From positions 640,001-704,000 of the forward strand of contig CAVTET010000004.1 of NCBI GenBank assembly GCA_963733675.1: a DNA stretch of 64,000 nucleotides, given 5' to 3'. The notes beneath the pieces are model-generated. The model was not told the origin of the DNA. It saw nothing but the letters and a program-made list of their open reading frames with translations, and searched no databases. Of this stretch, positions 35,328 through 46,132 are shown in pieces. A program made the translations under genes and the position numbers. This DNA is from an uncultured Methanosarcinaceae archaeon. Lineage in GTDB: Archaea; Halobacteriota; Methanosarcinia; Methanosarcinales; Methanosarcinaceae. Position 1 is the first letter of the stretch. The number at the start of each line of letters is the position of its first letter.

Positions 35328-35606
35328 ATGGCAGAAATAATCGTCTATACAACGGAAAGGTGCCCGAAATGCAATAAATTAAAAAAATTTCTAGAAGATA
35401 ATTCAGTGACTTTCAACTCAGCAGAAATGGATACCCCGAAAGCTTTGACAGAACTACGTTTCAATGGAGTTTTTACATTAACAGCGCCTGTTTTACAGAT
35501 CAATGACATCTTTCTAACCCATGAAGAGCTGTTCATTGGCGAAGAAGTAAACACGGAAAAAATTTTTGGTGTTTTATTGATACAACCGTCTGAAACTTCA
35601 GAATGA
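35328..35606 (+). CDS. Glutaredoxin/NrdH-like redoxin
   Basis: YTTERCPKC, TAPVL; directly upstream of nrdD. Confidence 0.85.
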   Translation: MAEIIVYTTERCPKCNKLKKFLEDNSVTFNSAEMDTPKALTELRFNGVFTLTAPVLQINDIFLTHEELFIGEEVNTEKIFGVLLIQPSETSE

Positions 35607-35653
35607 CCTAAGCAATTTGCAAATTTCACCCTTAAAACAACGAGGATGAGAAA

Positions 35654-38035
35654 ATGATAAGTGATATTCTTTTACAAGATAGCGATTTATCTGATAACCG
35701 GCCAGTTCAAAAGACACTTGATGGACTCCCCACCTCCCCTCTATCCAAAGATAAACATTTATCTGACAATCAGCAAGTGCAAAAGACACTTGATGGACTT
35801 TCAGTCTCTCCTTTCCCAAAAGTAAGGACTACAGACGGTTTCATGGTTAACTGGGATAGGAACATTATTGTGAATCAGCTTCTGAAAGAAACAAAACTAA
35901 GTGAAATCTTTTACAACAAACCTACAATCACGAAAGGAGAAGCAATTCATATAGCAAAGGAAGCTGAAAAAATTATCAAGAAGATGAATATCAAGTTTCT
36001 CTCAGGCCCTCTTATCCGTGAAATAGTGAATAATATTCTTCTTGACAGAGGCCATGTAGAATGGAGAAATATAATGACAAGAGTTGGGGCTTCTGTTTAC
36101 GATGCCTACGAAATAGATACCGGATATGGCTTTGAGGCAAATGATAATGCAAACCAGCTAAATAACGCCGAAACTTCACACAAGAGAAAAGCCGATAAGA
36201 TGTCTAAAGAACAAAATCTCCTCCTGATGCCAAAAGAGCTTGCTGACCTGCATCTGAATGGAGATTTCCACATTCACGATCTAGAATACATGGGTACAAG
36301 GCCTTTTTGTCAGGATTGGGACCTCCGCTACTTCTTTTATTATGGACTCATGCCTGACGGAGTCGGAACCCAATCCAGTGTGGCAAAGCCTGCAAAAAAT
36401 GCAGAAGTAGCTTTTCTTCACGCAGTAAAAGCCATGGGGTCAGCTCAGACAAATTTTGCAGGTGGACAGGGTTTTTATAATTTTCTAACTTTTATTGCTC
36501 CCTATCTGGAACTCAAGTCTGAAGCGGAGATCAGGCAACTTATGCAGATGTTCGTCTATGAAATGATGCAGATGATGTGTGCAAGAGGCGGCCAGACTGT
36601 CTTTTCATCCGTGCAACTTTCCCCAGGTGTTCCGAAACTCTGGAAGAACATTCCAATTATTGCTATGGGTAAGGTCTGGGATGGCAACCAGGCTCCCCTT
36701 AGAACCTATGGAGAATTTGAAAAAGAAGTTCGTCTTGGGTTCAAAGCTCTGATGGATGTTATGCTTGAAGGAGACGCCTGGGGAAAACCTTTCAGCTTCC
36801 CGAAGCCAGAGATCTCCATAGAGCCTGATTTTATGGAAGAAGATGAAAAATTCAATAAGACTCATCTTAATCTTCCTACTTATAAGGAGCTTTACAGAAT
36901 GAGCTTCGAACTGGCTGCCAAATTTGGAACCCCATACTTTGATAACCAGCTTCCCGCTTACAGAGGAGCAGGAGAAGGAATCTCATGTTATCAATGCTGT
37001 GCCTATCAATTTTCTGTAAATCCTACAGATGATAAAGATTTTGAGGACAAACTCCATTTTAGAGATGGAAAACACTTTTCAATGGGTTCGTGGATGGTCC
37101 TGTCCTTAAACTGTCCCAGAGCAGCGTACAGAGCCGAACATAATGATGAAAAGCTTTTCAATGAACTTAAGACCCTCATGAACAAGGGAGTGGAAGTTTT
37201 CAAGATAAAGAAAAAATGGATGAACAGTCTGATCAAGAAAAACAGAATTCCCTTTGCAGCCCAGCGTCCAAAGGATCCGAACACTAGAGAAAAAGGGGCA
37301 ATAGCTGTTGACTTCGACAGCCTTGTGTATACTATTGGAATAATAGGAATTAATGAGATGGTACAATACCACACAAATTACCAGATCCATGAGTCTTCTG
37401 TTGCGTATAAGCTTGCTATCAGGGCTATGTTCGAAATGAAAATGCACGCACAAAAGCTCTCGAAGGAAAACGATATGGAAATAGCTCTTGCAAGAACGCC
37501 GGCAGAAACAACCGCCCAGCGCTTTGCAGTCTCAGACCTCCTGCATAGTGAATATGCTGAAAAGGCAGAACAAACAATAAAAGGAGACCTTAAAACTGCA
37601 AAGAGAGAGTTAAATGAGGCCCATGACCTACCTATTTACTACACCAATGGGACTCACATTCCTCCTGGGGCCGATATCTCCCTGACTGACAGGATAATGT
37701 ACGAGCATACTTTCTTTCCGATCGTGGACGGCGGAAATATAATGCACATCTGGCTTGGAGAAGGAAAGCCAGATCCTGAGGGCCTACAGGAGCTTGCCAT
37801 GCATATCGCAAAAAACACCCAAACGGGTTACTTTGCTTTTACAAGAGACATGACTGTGTGCACTGACGAGGGATATGTAGCATCCGGCCTTCTAAACAAA
37901 TGTCCAAAATGTAGGTCTGAAAACGTGCAACATCTCTCAAGAATCACAGGTTATCTCCAGTCAGTAGAAGGTTGGAACAGAGGCAAGCGCCAGGAGCTCC
38001 TTGACAGAAAAAGATACAGTATAAAAGTGAACTAA
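35654..38035 (+). CDS. nrdD: Anaerobic (class III) ribonucleoside-triphosphate reductase
   Basis: ATP cone, HIHDL, GGQ, QCC, TPAE, YTNGTH, C-terminal CPKC and glycyl-radical RITGY. Confidence 0.96.
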   Translation: MISDILLQDSDLSDNRPVQKTLDGLPTSPLSKDKHLSDNQQVQKTLDGLSVSPFPKVRTTDGFMVNWDRNIIVNQLLKETKLSEIFYNKPTITKGEAIHIAKEAEKIIKKMNIKFLSGPLIREIVNNILLDRGHVEWRNIMTRVGASVYDAYEIDTGYGFEANDNANQLNNAETSHKRKADKMSKEQNLLLMPKELADLHLNGDFHIHDLEYMGTRPFCQDWDLRYFFYYGLMPDGVGTQSSVAKPAKNAEVAFLHAVKAMGSAQTNFAGGQGFYNFLTFIAPYLELKSEAEIRQLMQMFVYEMMQMMCARGGQTVFSSVQLSPGVPKLWKNIPIIAMGKVWDGNQAPLRTYGEFEKEVRLGFKALMDVMLEGDAWGKPFSFPKPEISIEPDFMEEDEKFNKTHLNLPTYKELYRMSFELAAKFGTPYFDNQLPAYRGAGEGISCYQCCAYQFSVNPTDDKDFEDKLHFRDGKHFSMGSWMVLSLNCPRAAYRAEHNDEKLFNELKTLMNKGVEVFKIKKKWMNSLIKKNRIPFAAQRPKDPNTREKGAIAVDFDSLVYTIGIIGINEMVQYHTNYQIHESSVAYKLAIRAMFEMKMHAQKLSKENDMEIALARTPAETTAQRFAVSDLLHSEYAEKAEQTIKGDLKTAKRELNEAHDLPIYYTNGTHIPPGADISLTDRIMYEHTFFPIVDGGNIMHIWLGEGKPDPEGLQELAMHIAKNTQTGYFAFTRDMTVCTDEGYVASGLLNKCPKCRSENVQHLSRITGYLQSVEGWNRGKRQELLDRKRYSIKVN

Positions 38036-38088
38036 GTAAAGTTTTCTCCACCATTTTATACTCAATAGTGTTAGAAGTTATAACTGTC

Positions 38089-38859
38089 ATGAAAGTAAAC
38101 TATGCAGATACAGTTTCCCTTTCAACCCTGGACTGGAGAGGAAAAGCTGCAATAACCATCTTTTTTCGGGGATGTCCTCTTCGTTGCCCCTACTGCCAGA
38201 ACCATCCCTATCTAGAAGAACCTGACCTTGTGGAACTCGACTTCGTAAAAGAGATAATTAAAAAATCGAAGAACTTCGTGAGTGCAGTTGTTTTTTCTGG
38301 AGGGGAACCTCTAATGCAGTCAGCAATTTTGTCACTCGCAGAGTTTGCAAAAGAACTCGGGCTCTTAGTCGGAATTCACACAAACGGTTGCTACCCGGAA
38401 ATGGAACAAGAACTGATTAAGAGAAAATTGGTTGATAAGTTTTTCATAGATGTAAAAGCTCCCCCGGATGATCCAGAGATTTATGGAAAAGTAGCAGGCT
38501 TGAAAAAATACAAAACCGTAAAAAAAACTCCTGGAGAGATAACTGCAGCTGTCATAAAATCGATTGAAATCGCGGATTCATGCCGCTTGGAACTGGAACT
38601 CCGTACAACTGTAATCAGAGATTTTATTGGAAGCAAAGAGGAAATCTCCAGCATAGCTGCCTGGATTTTGGGACACGTAAAAAATAGGGAAGTTATCTAT
38701 GTACTGCAACAGGGAATTCCGGAATACAGTCTTCAGGAAAATCTAAGGAAAACACGAATTTTAGAAAGGGAAGAGCTATATTATCTGGGAAAAATAGCAA
38801 ATAAATTCCTCAAGAACGTTCGAATAAGGACAATAGAAGCAGGAGAAGAAATTATCTAA
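38089..38859 (+). CDS. nrdG: Radical SAM activase for class III RNR
   Basis: GCPLRCPYCQN, FSGGEP, HTNG, ELRTT. Confidence 0.92.
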   Translation: MKVNYADTVSLSTLDWRGKAAITIFFRGCPLRCPYCQNHPYLEEPDLVELDFVKEIIKKSKNFVSAVVFSGGEPLMQSAILSLAEFAKELGLLVGIHTNGCYPEMEQELIKRKLVDKFFIDVKAPPDDPEIYGKVAGLKKYKTVKKTPGEITAAVIKSIEIADSCRLELELRTTVIRDFIGSKEEISSIAAWILGHVKNREVIYVLQQGIPEYSLQENLRKTRILEREELYYLGKIANKFLKNVRIRTIEAGEEII

Positions 38860-38970
38860 AATTAATACTCTTCAACATTACATCCTAAAGTTGATACCTT
38901 CCACTAATTCTAAATGAAAATCAATCCCATCTTTAGCGATTTTATTTGACAAAATTTATGAATATATAAA

Positions 38971-39060
38971 AGAGTATTTCGATAAACCCCCTAATTTCTT
39001 CATATGCATATAACCCGTATATAAATAACTATGAAAATCAGGTTTTTATCGAAATATTCT
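38971..39060. mobile_element. ~90-bp MITE, family B
   Basis: AGAGTATTTCGATAAA ... TTTATCGAAATATTCT. Confidence 0.8.
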
Positions 39061-39296
39061 AAAGTATCATAATCCATTAAAAAGAATTGATAATAGGTTT
39101 AATTTATCTAAAACCGTGATTAGGAAAAAATCCTAAATCAAGATAATTTACTGAGATGATGGAAAAAGTAAGCGAATTGAAATATCCAGAACAACTTTTT
39201 GTTAGAAAAACTATATTCTTGTTCTGGTCACTAACAAGTGTGCAACTTTGGCCAGGAAAAATTCATGACATTGAAAATATCATAAGTATTGACTAA

Positions 39297-40165
39297 GAGG
39301 CTATCCGAAAAGTCCTGCTGATCTGAATGTTATCAATGCGCACGCTAAATGTAGGACAGCAAGGTAATTTTCAATTTTCTTTTCCCATCTTATAAGGAGT
39401 CTTCTGAATCTATTCAGCCAAAAATGTGTCCTTTCTACAATCCATCTTCTTGCCCTAAAACCAGGTATGCCTCTTCTTATGTTTTCTTCTCCACGACTTT
39501 TGATATGCAGTATAACCATATTCTTCAACCAATTTTCTGATATCGGTGAAATCATAACCCTTATCCATGCATATATTCTGAATTATGTCTTCTGGAGAAA
39601 GTCTTTCAAAGAATATGGCTTCTAAAGTCCTTTTTACAAGTTTTTTATCGTGACGATTGGCTCCATCCACGACAACAGAAAGTGGTATGCCTTTACCATC
39701 AGTTAAAACACTCCTTTTTGTACCTTTTTTGCCACGATCAGTAGGATTGGCTCCTTTTCTAGCTCCACCTAATGGTGCTTTTGTCATAGCACCATCAATT
39801 GATTGTCATTCCCATTCTAATCCTTTTTCGAAATCATACTCGACAAGACCAGCCAGCCACATGCTCTCAAATAAGCCTGATAGTTGTCATTCCTGAAATC
39901 GATCATGTAAGTGCTTGGAGCTCCATAAAATCGTGGCAATGCTTTCCATTGGCAACCAGTAAAAAGGAGATAGAAAATGCCACTCATTATTTTCCTATCA
40001 CCCTTTCTAGGTCTTCCAGACTTCTTTTTTGGCTTAGGTACAGATAGTAAAGGTTCTATTTTTGTCCAATAATCTTCAGAAATTTCGTAGTCCGGAACAA
40101 TTTTCCGTTTTGTCATTACCACACATGATCTTAAATTGAAAGTAGATTATTTTTCGGATAGGCTC
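39297..40165 (-). mobile_element. IS5-family insertion sequence, transposase broken into three frames
   Basis: IRs GAGGCTATCCGAAAA / TTTTCGGATAGGCTC, TAA on both sides; GRPR, TGCQW..LP, IDG, DKGYD, RWIVERT..WL..FRRL..RWEK. Confidence 0.92.
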
Positions 40166-40485
40166 TAAGATGAAAATAGAAGAAAACAAAAATTGTGGAA
40201 TAAAAAATTTCAAAATAGTATAAATTTGAATAAAAGTGGATTCAAAAACCTGCAAATATAAATTAATTTTACAATGCAAGCCAAAAGTCTATAAGTGAAT
40301 CAGATCGGGGCTGTAAATTATGTACCAATTCTAGAAAAAGAGTATGTTTCCTGCCTTTGAGAATAAATGTTAAGAAAGTTCTAAGCACATTATTTTAAAC
40401 AAATTATGGACATTACAGAATTTCATTATTTTTTTAAATTTATAGAATAACCAGAAAAAATTTAAAAAAATCAAGATTGACGATT

Positions 40486-41673
40486 TTAAAGTTCTGATGT
40501 CACCTTTTTTAGATCCTTAATAAATTCTTCGACATCTTGGACCGTGCTATGAGGCATGAGTACCAATCGGAGAGACCTGGGAGTACGGGTTATTGAGACA
40601 TTCCAGCTAAATTTCCTGAGGAGCTGCTCGCGGACACGGTCAGGATCCGAAATTTTAAAGGCAACTACGTTCATTGTAGGCTCAAGAAGGGGTTCAAAAC
40701 CAAGTTCTCTAAATTCATTAATAATTTTTGCAGTAAGTTTCATGCAATACTGAACATTTTTTACGTAACCTTCACGACCTAAATATTTCATGACAGCGTA
40801 TGTTGCAGCAGCTGAAGCCCCACTCCTAGTTCCTGTAAGAGTGTATTGAGACTTTGTAGTAAGATATGGAGTGTTTACTTTAAGAGAATCCAAGAAAGAA
40901 GGAGACTTGAACAAGAGAGCACCTGATGGAATCGTAGAAAGACCCATTTTATGGGGATCTATTGCAATAGAAGTTACTCCAGGAATTTTGAAATCAAAAG
41001 GATATGATTTCTCAAGGAATGGGATCACAAAGCCCCCAAAAGCTGCATCAACATGAAGGAAAAGCTCATTTTCAAGGGCAAGTTTTGCTAGTTTCTCTAT
41101 AGGATCTACCTGGCCAAATTCCGTGCTCCCCGCTATGCCTACAAGTCCTATGGTACTACTATCTATCAGGCCTTCAACACAGGCAGTATCCACTTTAAAC
41201 TCGGAATCCAAAAGAGCCCTTCTAACTTCAATACCCATCATATCGGCAATCTTATCAAATGAAAAATGAGCCGATTCGGGAATTACTATATTTGGAATTC
41301 CCCCTAATTTTTTCTTTCCTGCAATTACAAAGTTTTTCATTCCCCTAACAGCCTGGATATTGGACTCGGTACCTCCAGTTGTAAGGTAACCGTTAACTGA
41401 ATTCTCACAAGATTCTCCGGAAAAGATATCAAAAGACGGAGCATGAAGAAGCTCCCCCAACATCCTGATAACTTCTTTTTCCAGCCTGTGAGCTCCTGCA
41501 AAAAGTCCAAAGTCACCCAAGTTAGTCTCAATAAATCGTCTGTGAGCTTCAACTGCGATTTTATGAGGGTTGGTACACATTGAACTCAAAACCCGATAGT
41601 AATCCGTATCTTCTGATTTTGCAGTTTCCAGATCGGAAAATATCTTTTCTTCAGAAAGACCCTGATCATTCAT
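40486..41673 (-). CDS. mfnA: L-tyrosine/L-aspartate decarboxylase (PLP-dependent)
   Basis: LSSMCT, TNLGD, GGTESN, AHFSFDK, HVDAAFGG, DPHKMG, TGTRSG. Confidence 0.93.
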   Translation of the reverse strand: MNDQGLSEEKIFSDLETAKSEDTDYYRVLSSMCTNPHKIAVEAHRRFIETNLGDFGLFAGAHRLEKEVIRMLGELLHAPSFDIFSGESCENSVNGYLTTGGTESNIQAVRGMKNFVIAGKKKLGGIPNIVIPESAHFSFDKIADMMGIEVRRALLDSEFKVDTACVEGLIDSSTIGLVGIAGSTEFGQVDPIEKLAKLALENELFLHVDAAFGGFVIPFLEKSYPFDFKIPGVTSIAIDPHKMGLSTIPSGALLFKSPSFLDSLKVNTPYLTTKSQYTLTGTRSGASAAATYAVMKYLGREGYVKNVQYCMKLTAKIINEFRELGFEPLLEPTMNVVAFKISDPDRVREQLLRKFSWNVSITRTPRSLRLVLMPHSTVQDVEEFIKDLKKVTSEL

Positions 41674-41931
41674 ATAGATAAGGTAAAACCAGTTGTATTT
41701 AAAATACTTATGGAATATAACTTTGAAACTATTTTATGATGGGTAAAGAAATGTGTAATATCTATTAAATTTATAAAATAAATTATATTAAGATAAATCT
41801 AAATGAAAAAGTAAGTTTATTTTAAACATACTTTTATAATGTTAATATATATTTGTATTCACTGATTATAACGTGCATGAAAAACAGGGATAACAGGTAA
41901 TGTATCGTAAAAGAACATATTAAAAGAGAGG

Positions 41932-42296
41932 GACCCCCTTGCTTCCACTGGAGGTGGTTAAATGAGGTTTTAGGAGGGAAATAGACTTTCAATGCAGTGA
42001 CAATATCAGATCATAATTAAAAAAATATTTATTAATGTAAATAAATATCACAACTGCTAAAATTGAACAAAATATTTAGAAAAAGTTGTGAATTAATAAA
42101 ATAATCATTCTGAGCGATAATAGATTGAATTAATGTTAAAGACTATAATTATATATACTATAAATTCAATAAGGACAATATTATTTTGTTACCTTAAGAT
42201 ATGACACTATTTTTGTGATACGCAATCGAAAAACTATACAGTGGAAACAATGGGGTCGGGGTGTTTTATAAACAATCCAGTGGAAACAGGGGGGTC
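41932..42296. promoter_or_regulatory. Candidate replication origin: three ORB boxes flanking an AT-rich spacer
   Basis: Minus-strand TCCAGTGGAAGCAAGGGGGTC (41932-41952); plus-strand TACAGTGGAAACAATGGGGTC (42237-42257) and TCCAGTGGAAACAGGGGGGTC (42276-42296). Confidence 0.8.
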
Positions 42297-42415
42297 TTAT
42301 TAAAAAATCCCTAGATTCTTCAATTCTTTTCATTTTCCTTTATTACAATCAACTACTCAATAGCAAGCTGTGGAGATAAAAACTTCTCTAAAAATAGTCA
42401 TTATTAATTGATTTA

Positions 42416-42945
42416 TAGAGAATTTAGATAAACTACTTTTCATTTGATTATTGAAGAGTTAAACTCTCTTAACAATAATTTTTACTCATGAAAACTTTAA
42501 CTAATTTTGCTCTTAAAGGTGAACAGAAGTATCTTCAGTCAGTTGGAGATATATTTTTTGAAATTGATTCCTTAATTGCTTGGCAATCTTTTTGTATCAT
42601 TTTTGAGTTATATATTTTAACAAAACAGTTTTATGAGGCGGACTTGAAGCTAAAGTAATTGTTATTTTTAAAATGTTTGTTTTACAGCAATATTACTGAC
42701 CTTTCCGGCTCTTAACTTGAGTAGCAATGTATTGATTTGACTTATTTCAGAAATTTTTTTGGTTTTCCTAAGTACATGCCAGATAGTACCATAATTTGCT
42801 CATTTAAAAAATAAATTATTGGTAACTGCAAAGAAGAAGAAATATGAGGACAGTTACAAAGCTAAAATGATTAGCTTTGTTTGAAAATAAAAAAGCGACT
42901 TATTCAGTATGTCATTTTTATCTATTCAGATCCTAATATGCAAAA
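42416..42945 (+). mobile_element. Decayed IS5-family element, 5' part
   Basis: MKTLTNFAL..E...LQSVGD...EIDSLI.W, FKMFVLQQ, FRNFFGF...PDST, HSDP-like fragments; left end TAGAGAATTTAGATAAAC resembles MITE family B ends. Confidence 0.75.
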
Positions 42946-43058
42946 GAAAAAAATAAAGGGTATTTATAAAAAGTTATGATAGTGTGGGAGAGATCAAAAC
43001 AAAAGGTATTAAGCGAAAATATTATATGTATCAAATACCTCTAGAGTTGTTGCAATAC

Positions 43059-43130
43059 GCGTTGATAGTCTAGCGGCTATGACTTGGGCCTTCCAAGCCC
43101 AAAACCCGGGTTCGAATCCCGGTCGGCGCA
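43059..43130 (+). tRNA. tRNA-Gly (TCC)
   Basis: Cloverleaf; anticodon arm TGGGC-CTTCCAA-GCCCA; GGTTCGAATCC T-arm. Confidence 0.95.
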
Positions 43131-43197
43131 TTCAATACTTTAATGAAAATATAATTTTTTCTTTTCTTATTTAATGTTAAAAAAACCGAACATGATT

Positions 43198-43282
43198 GCG
43201 AGGGTTGCCCAGCTTGGTCAAAGGCGATGGGTTTAGGACCCATTTTCGTAGGAATTCGTGCGTTCGAATCGCACCCCTCGCA
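43198..43282 (+). tRNA. tRNA-Leu (TAG)
   Basis: Anticodon arm ATGGG-TTTAGGA-CCCAT, long variable arm, GTTCGAATC; T-run terminator follows. Confidence 0.95.
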
Positions 43283-43294
43283 TTTTTTTTGAAG

Positions 43295-43667
43295 ATTTTT
43301 TTCTTGTTGTGATACTTTTTATAATCTCCCTTCCTCTGGAAGGAAAGTGTTTTTGTTCAGCATAAAAGAAAAAATGTGAATAATTATCATCAATGCCGAT
43401 TTCATAAAACTCAAAAATAATGCCTGTTATCAATTTCAAAGCTATATATTTCAAATAGTTGATTATATCATTATTCAAATGAAATTTTTTATGAGACTTC
43501 ACGCAAAAAATAATTTGATATCTTATTCTCCGTACACAATGGTTCATATGACTTTGTTCTATTATTATATTGCAAAAATAGCTTAAAATATAAAAAATTA
43601 ATTAATGGCGGTTTTCGAGGAAGTTTCCGTCCCAGCAGCAAGATGTGAGGTATTCTACTGGAATAAT
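43295..43667 (-). mobile_element. IS200/IS605 TnpA (Y1) remnant
   Basis: HCV..IRYQIIFCVK...FEF.EIG.D.NYSHFF.......PS....IIKSIT is a decayed HUH transposase pattern; hairpin-like end near 43606-43667. Confidence 0.65.
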
Positions 43668-43698
43668 TATAATACTTCATCTGTCCTACATAATAGGT

Positions 43699-44745
43699 AT
43701 GCAAGATATCATTTTTATCGATGGAGGGAGCCTTCCGACACCTGACGGTTTTACAAGGGAGTGGGTAAAGGCTGCAGCGAAAAATCGAAATGAAGACGAA
43801 AAACTCTTTTCAATGATAAAGGGAGCTTTCCTTAGGAAAATTGATGTGGGAGTACATGTCCCCACTTATCCCCAGTTCAGGGATAAAATTGGACAGTTCC
43901 TGGATGTAATCAAAGACTTAAAGAACTGCTATGAACCTTATGTATTGAAAGAAAATAATGCAAAAATTTTTGAACTTGAGATAATTGACGAGGTTGCAAA
44001 GCAATACAGGGAAGAGACAGGAAAAACTCTTGAAGCCCGAGTTTGTGTTGCAGGTCCCACAGATCTATATCTTCAGGCATTCGGGACAACGGCTTTTGTT
44101 GACGCGTATCATATCTTGGCACTTGATATTGAGAATTTCATAAAGCAATCTTTCAAAGCCGCGAAGAATTTCAAAATCAAAGTTATAGCCCTGGATGAAC
44201 CCAGCCTTGGAATTAACGATAAGATCCAATTTTCTGACTCTGATATTATTTCTGCTCTCACCCTAGCTTCCACTTATGCTAGGCAACAGGGATCTGATAT
44301 GGAAATTCACCTTCATTCTCCATTAAAGTATAAAATTGTATGTGAGACTCCTATCAATGTTATCGGGTTTGAGTATGCAGCAACTCCTTCTTATATGGAC
44401 ATCCTTAATAGAAAAGTGCTGGAAGATTCAAATACTTATATCAGGCTTGGAATATCGCGAACCGACATTTCAGGCCTTATAGGTATTGTCAATGAAACAT
44501 ATGGAGTTAATGCCTGGAAGGAAAAGGAATACATGCAAAAAATAGTTACTGAATTTGAGACTCCAGATATCATCAAAAAAAGGCTTGAAATGGCTTTTTC
44601 AGTCCTCGGGGACCGCATAAAATATGCAAGTCCAGACTGCGGACTTGCTTTCTGGCCGGATCAAGATCTTGCTTTCAAGTTGCTTGAGAATACCGCAAAA
44701 GGCATCAATGAATTCAATGCCGAGAATAGAGAATTAAGAGAATAA
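43699..44745 (+). CDS. Short (core, MetE C-terminal-like) methionine synthase, paralog 1
   Basis: GSLP, YPQFRD, GPTDL, LDEPSLG, EIHLH, SPDCGL. Confidence 0.82.
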   Translation: MQDIIFIDGGSLPTPDGFTREWVKAAAKNRNEDEKLFSMIKGAFLRKIDVGVHVPTYPQFRDKIGQFLDVIKDLKNCYEPYVLKENNAKIFELEIIDEVAKQYREETGKTLEARVCVAGPTDLYLQAFGTTAFVDAYHILALDIENFIKQSFKAAKNFKIKVIALDEPSLGINDKIQFSDSDIISALTLASTYARQQGSDMEIHLHSPLKYKIVCETPINVIGFEYAATPSYMDILNRKVLEDSNTYIRLGISRTDISGLIGIVNETYGVNAWKEKEYMQKIVTEFETPDIIKKRLEMAFSVLGDRIKYASPDCGLAFWPDQDLAFKLLENTAKGINEFNAENRELRE

Positions 44746-44892
44746 TTCTAATTAATAAATAAATGAACGAATAAGTAAGTTAATAAAAATTTGTTCCGTA
44801 AAAATAAAGTTTTTCAGAGCTTTTGTTCTATTTTTTTTATAAATTTTCTGTCTTTCAATAATGCTAAATTGTCAGAGGTCTACTAAGAAGAT

Positions 44893-45927
44893 ATGGAAGA
44901 AATCATTTACGATGATATCGGAAGCTATCCCCTTCCTGAAGGAGTTAGCAAAGAATGGATCCGAGACGCCTTTAAAACGAGGACAGAAGATGAGATACTT
45001 TTTGAGGTGATCAACGATGCCTTCCAGCAGAAAATAGATGCCGGTGTGGAAGTTTCTACCTATCCGCAGTACCAGGACATGAATGAGCAGTTCTTGAAGG
45101 TTATCTGGGATCCAAATTGCTGCTCCAGTCCCTTTGAGGTGAAACTTGAGTGTGCTAGAATCGAAGAACTTGAGGCTATAGAAAAGGTGGCAAAAGTCTA
45201 TAGGGAAAAGTTTGGGGAGACCTTGAATGTCAGGATCTGTGTAACTGGTCCAACCGAACTTTACCTGAAGAAATTTGGTGGTACTCAGTACACTGACATC
45301 TATTCTCTTCTTGCTAAAAGCGTGAACAATTTCGTCAGAAACTCTATGAGGTTTGCAAAGCACTTTAAGATTACAACTGTTTCTATTGATGAACCAAGCA
45401 TAGGGTTGAACCCTGAGATTGCTTTTGATGAAAATGATATTATTTCTGCATTTAACGATGCCTCTAAGGCAGCTAGTAAGTGGGGAGCTGATGTGGAGAT
45501 TCACCTTCATTCTGCTCTTTATTATAGTTTTGCTTGCGAGGCTTCTACAATCAATGTTATAGGAATAGAATCAGCAGGGACTCCCTCCTACATGGACCTG
45601 ATCGACAAACAGGTACTTGAAGACACTGATTCTTTCCTGAGGCTTGGGATTGCTAGAACTGATATTTATAGCCTAGCTGGAACACTTAATGAAACTTACT
45701 GTACTAATGTCTGGAAAAATCAGCAGTATCTTCCTGAGATCGTTACGAAACTCGAAACCCCAGATGTTATAACAAAGAGGCTCATGCTTGCTTACAGACG
45801 TTTCGGAAACCTGATTAAGTACATCGGTCCTGACTGCGGTTTGGGTTCCTGGCCTAATCAGAAGATGGCTTTTATTTTGTTATCTAATGTAGCGCAGGGT
45901 ATAAAGGATTTCAGGAAATCTCTGTGA
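44893..45927 (+). CDS. Short (core, MetE C-terminal-like) methionine synthase, paralog 2
   Basis: DDIGSYP, YPQYQDM, TGPTEL, IDEPSIG, EIHLH, GPDCGLGSWP. Confidence 0.85.
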   Translation: MEEIIYDDIGSYPLPEGVSKEWIRDAFKTRTEDEILFEVINDAFQQKIDAGVEVSTYPQYQDMNEQFLKVIWDPNCCSSPFEVKLECARIEELEAIEKVAKVYREKFGETLNVRICVTGPTELYLKKFGGTQYTDIYSLLAKSVNNFVRNSMRFAKHFKITTVSIDEPSIGLNPEIAFDENDIISAFNDASKAASKWGADVEIHLHSALYYSFACEASTINVIGIESAGTPSYMDLIDKQVLEDTDSFLRLGIARTDIYSLAGTLNETYCTNVWKNQQYLPEIVTKLETPDVITKRLMLAYRRFGNLIKYIGPDCGLGSWPNQKMAFILLSNVAQGIKDFRKSL

Positions 45928-46132
45928 TCTTCATAATTTTTCTTCCTGGTTATTTTTCTTGTAAGATCTGCACCAGGAAGACAATAGTCTAAATCAATAT
46001 TATATGTTTGATGCCAAAAAAAAGTAGTTAACAAGAACCCTTTTACAGGATTATCAAGTTTTACCTCTCGTTTCAGTAGAATCTGTGCTATAATAGACAA
46101 TTTATTAAAAACAGCCAACAGACTACAAAGCG

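Noticed and set aside
43233-43547. 104-aa ORF as a functional gene
   Set aside because: Decayed TnpA with lost catalytic residues, running antisense into tRNA-Leu
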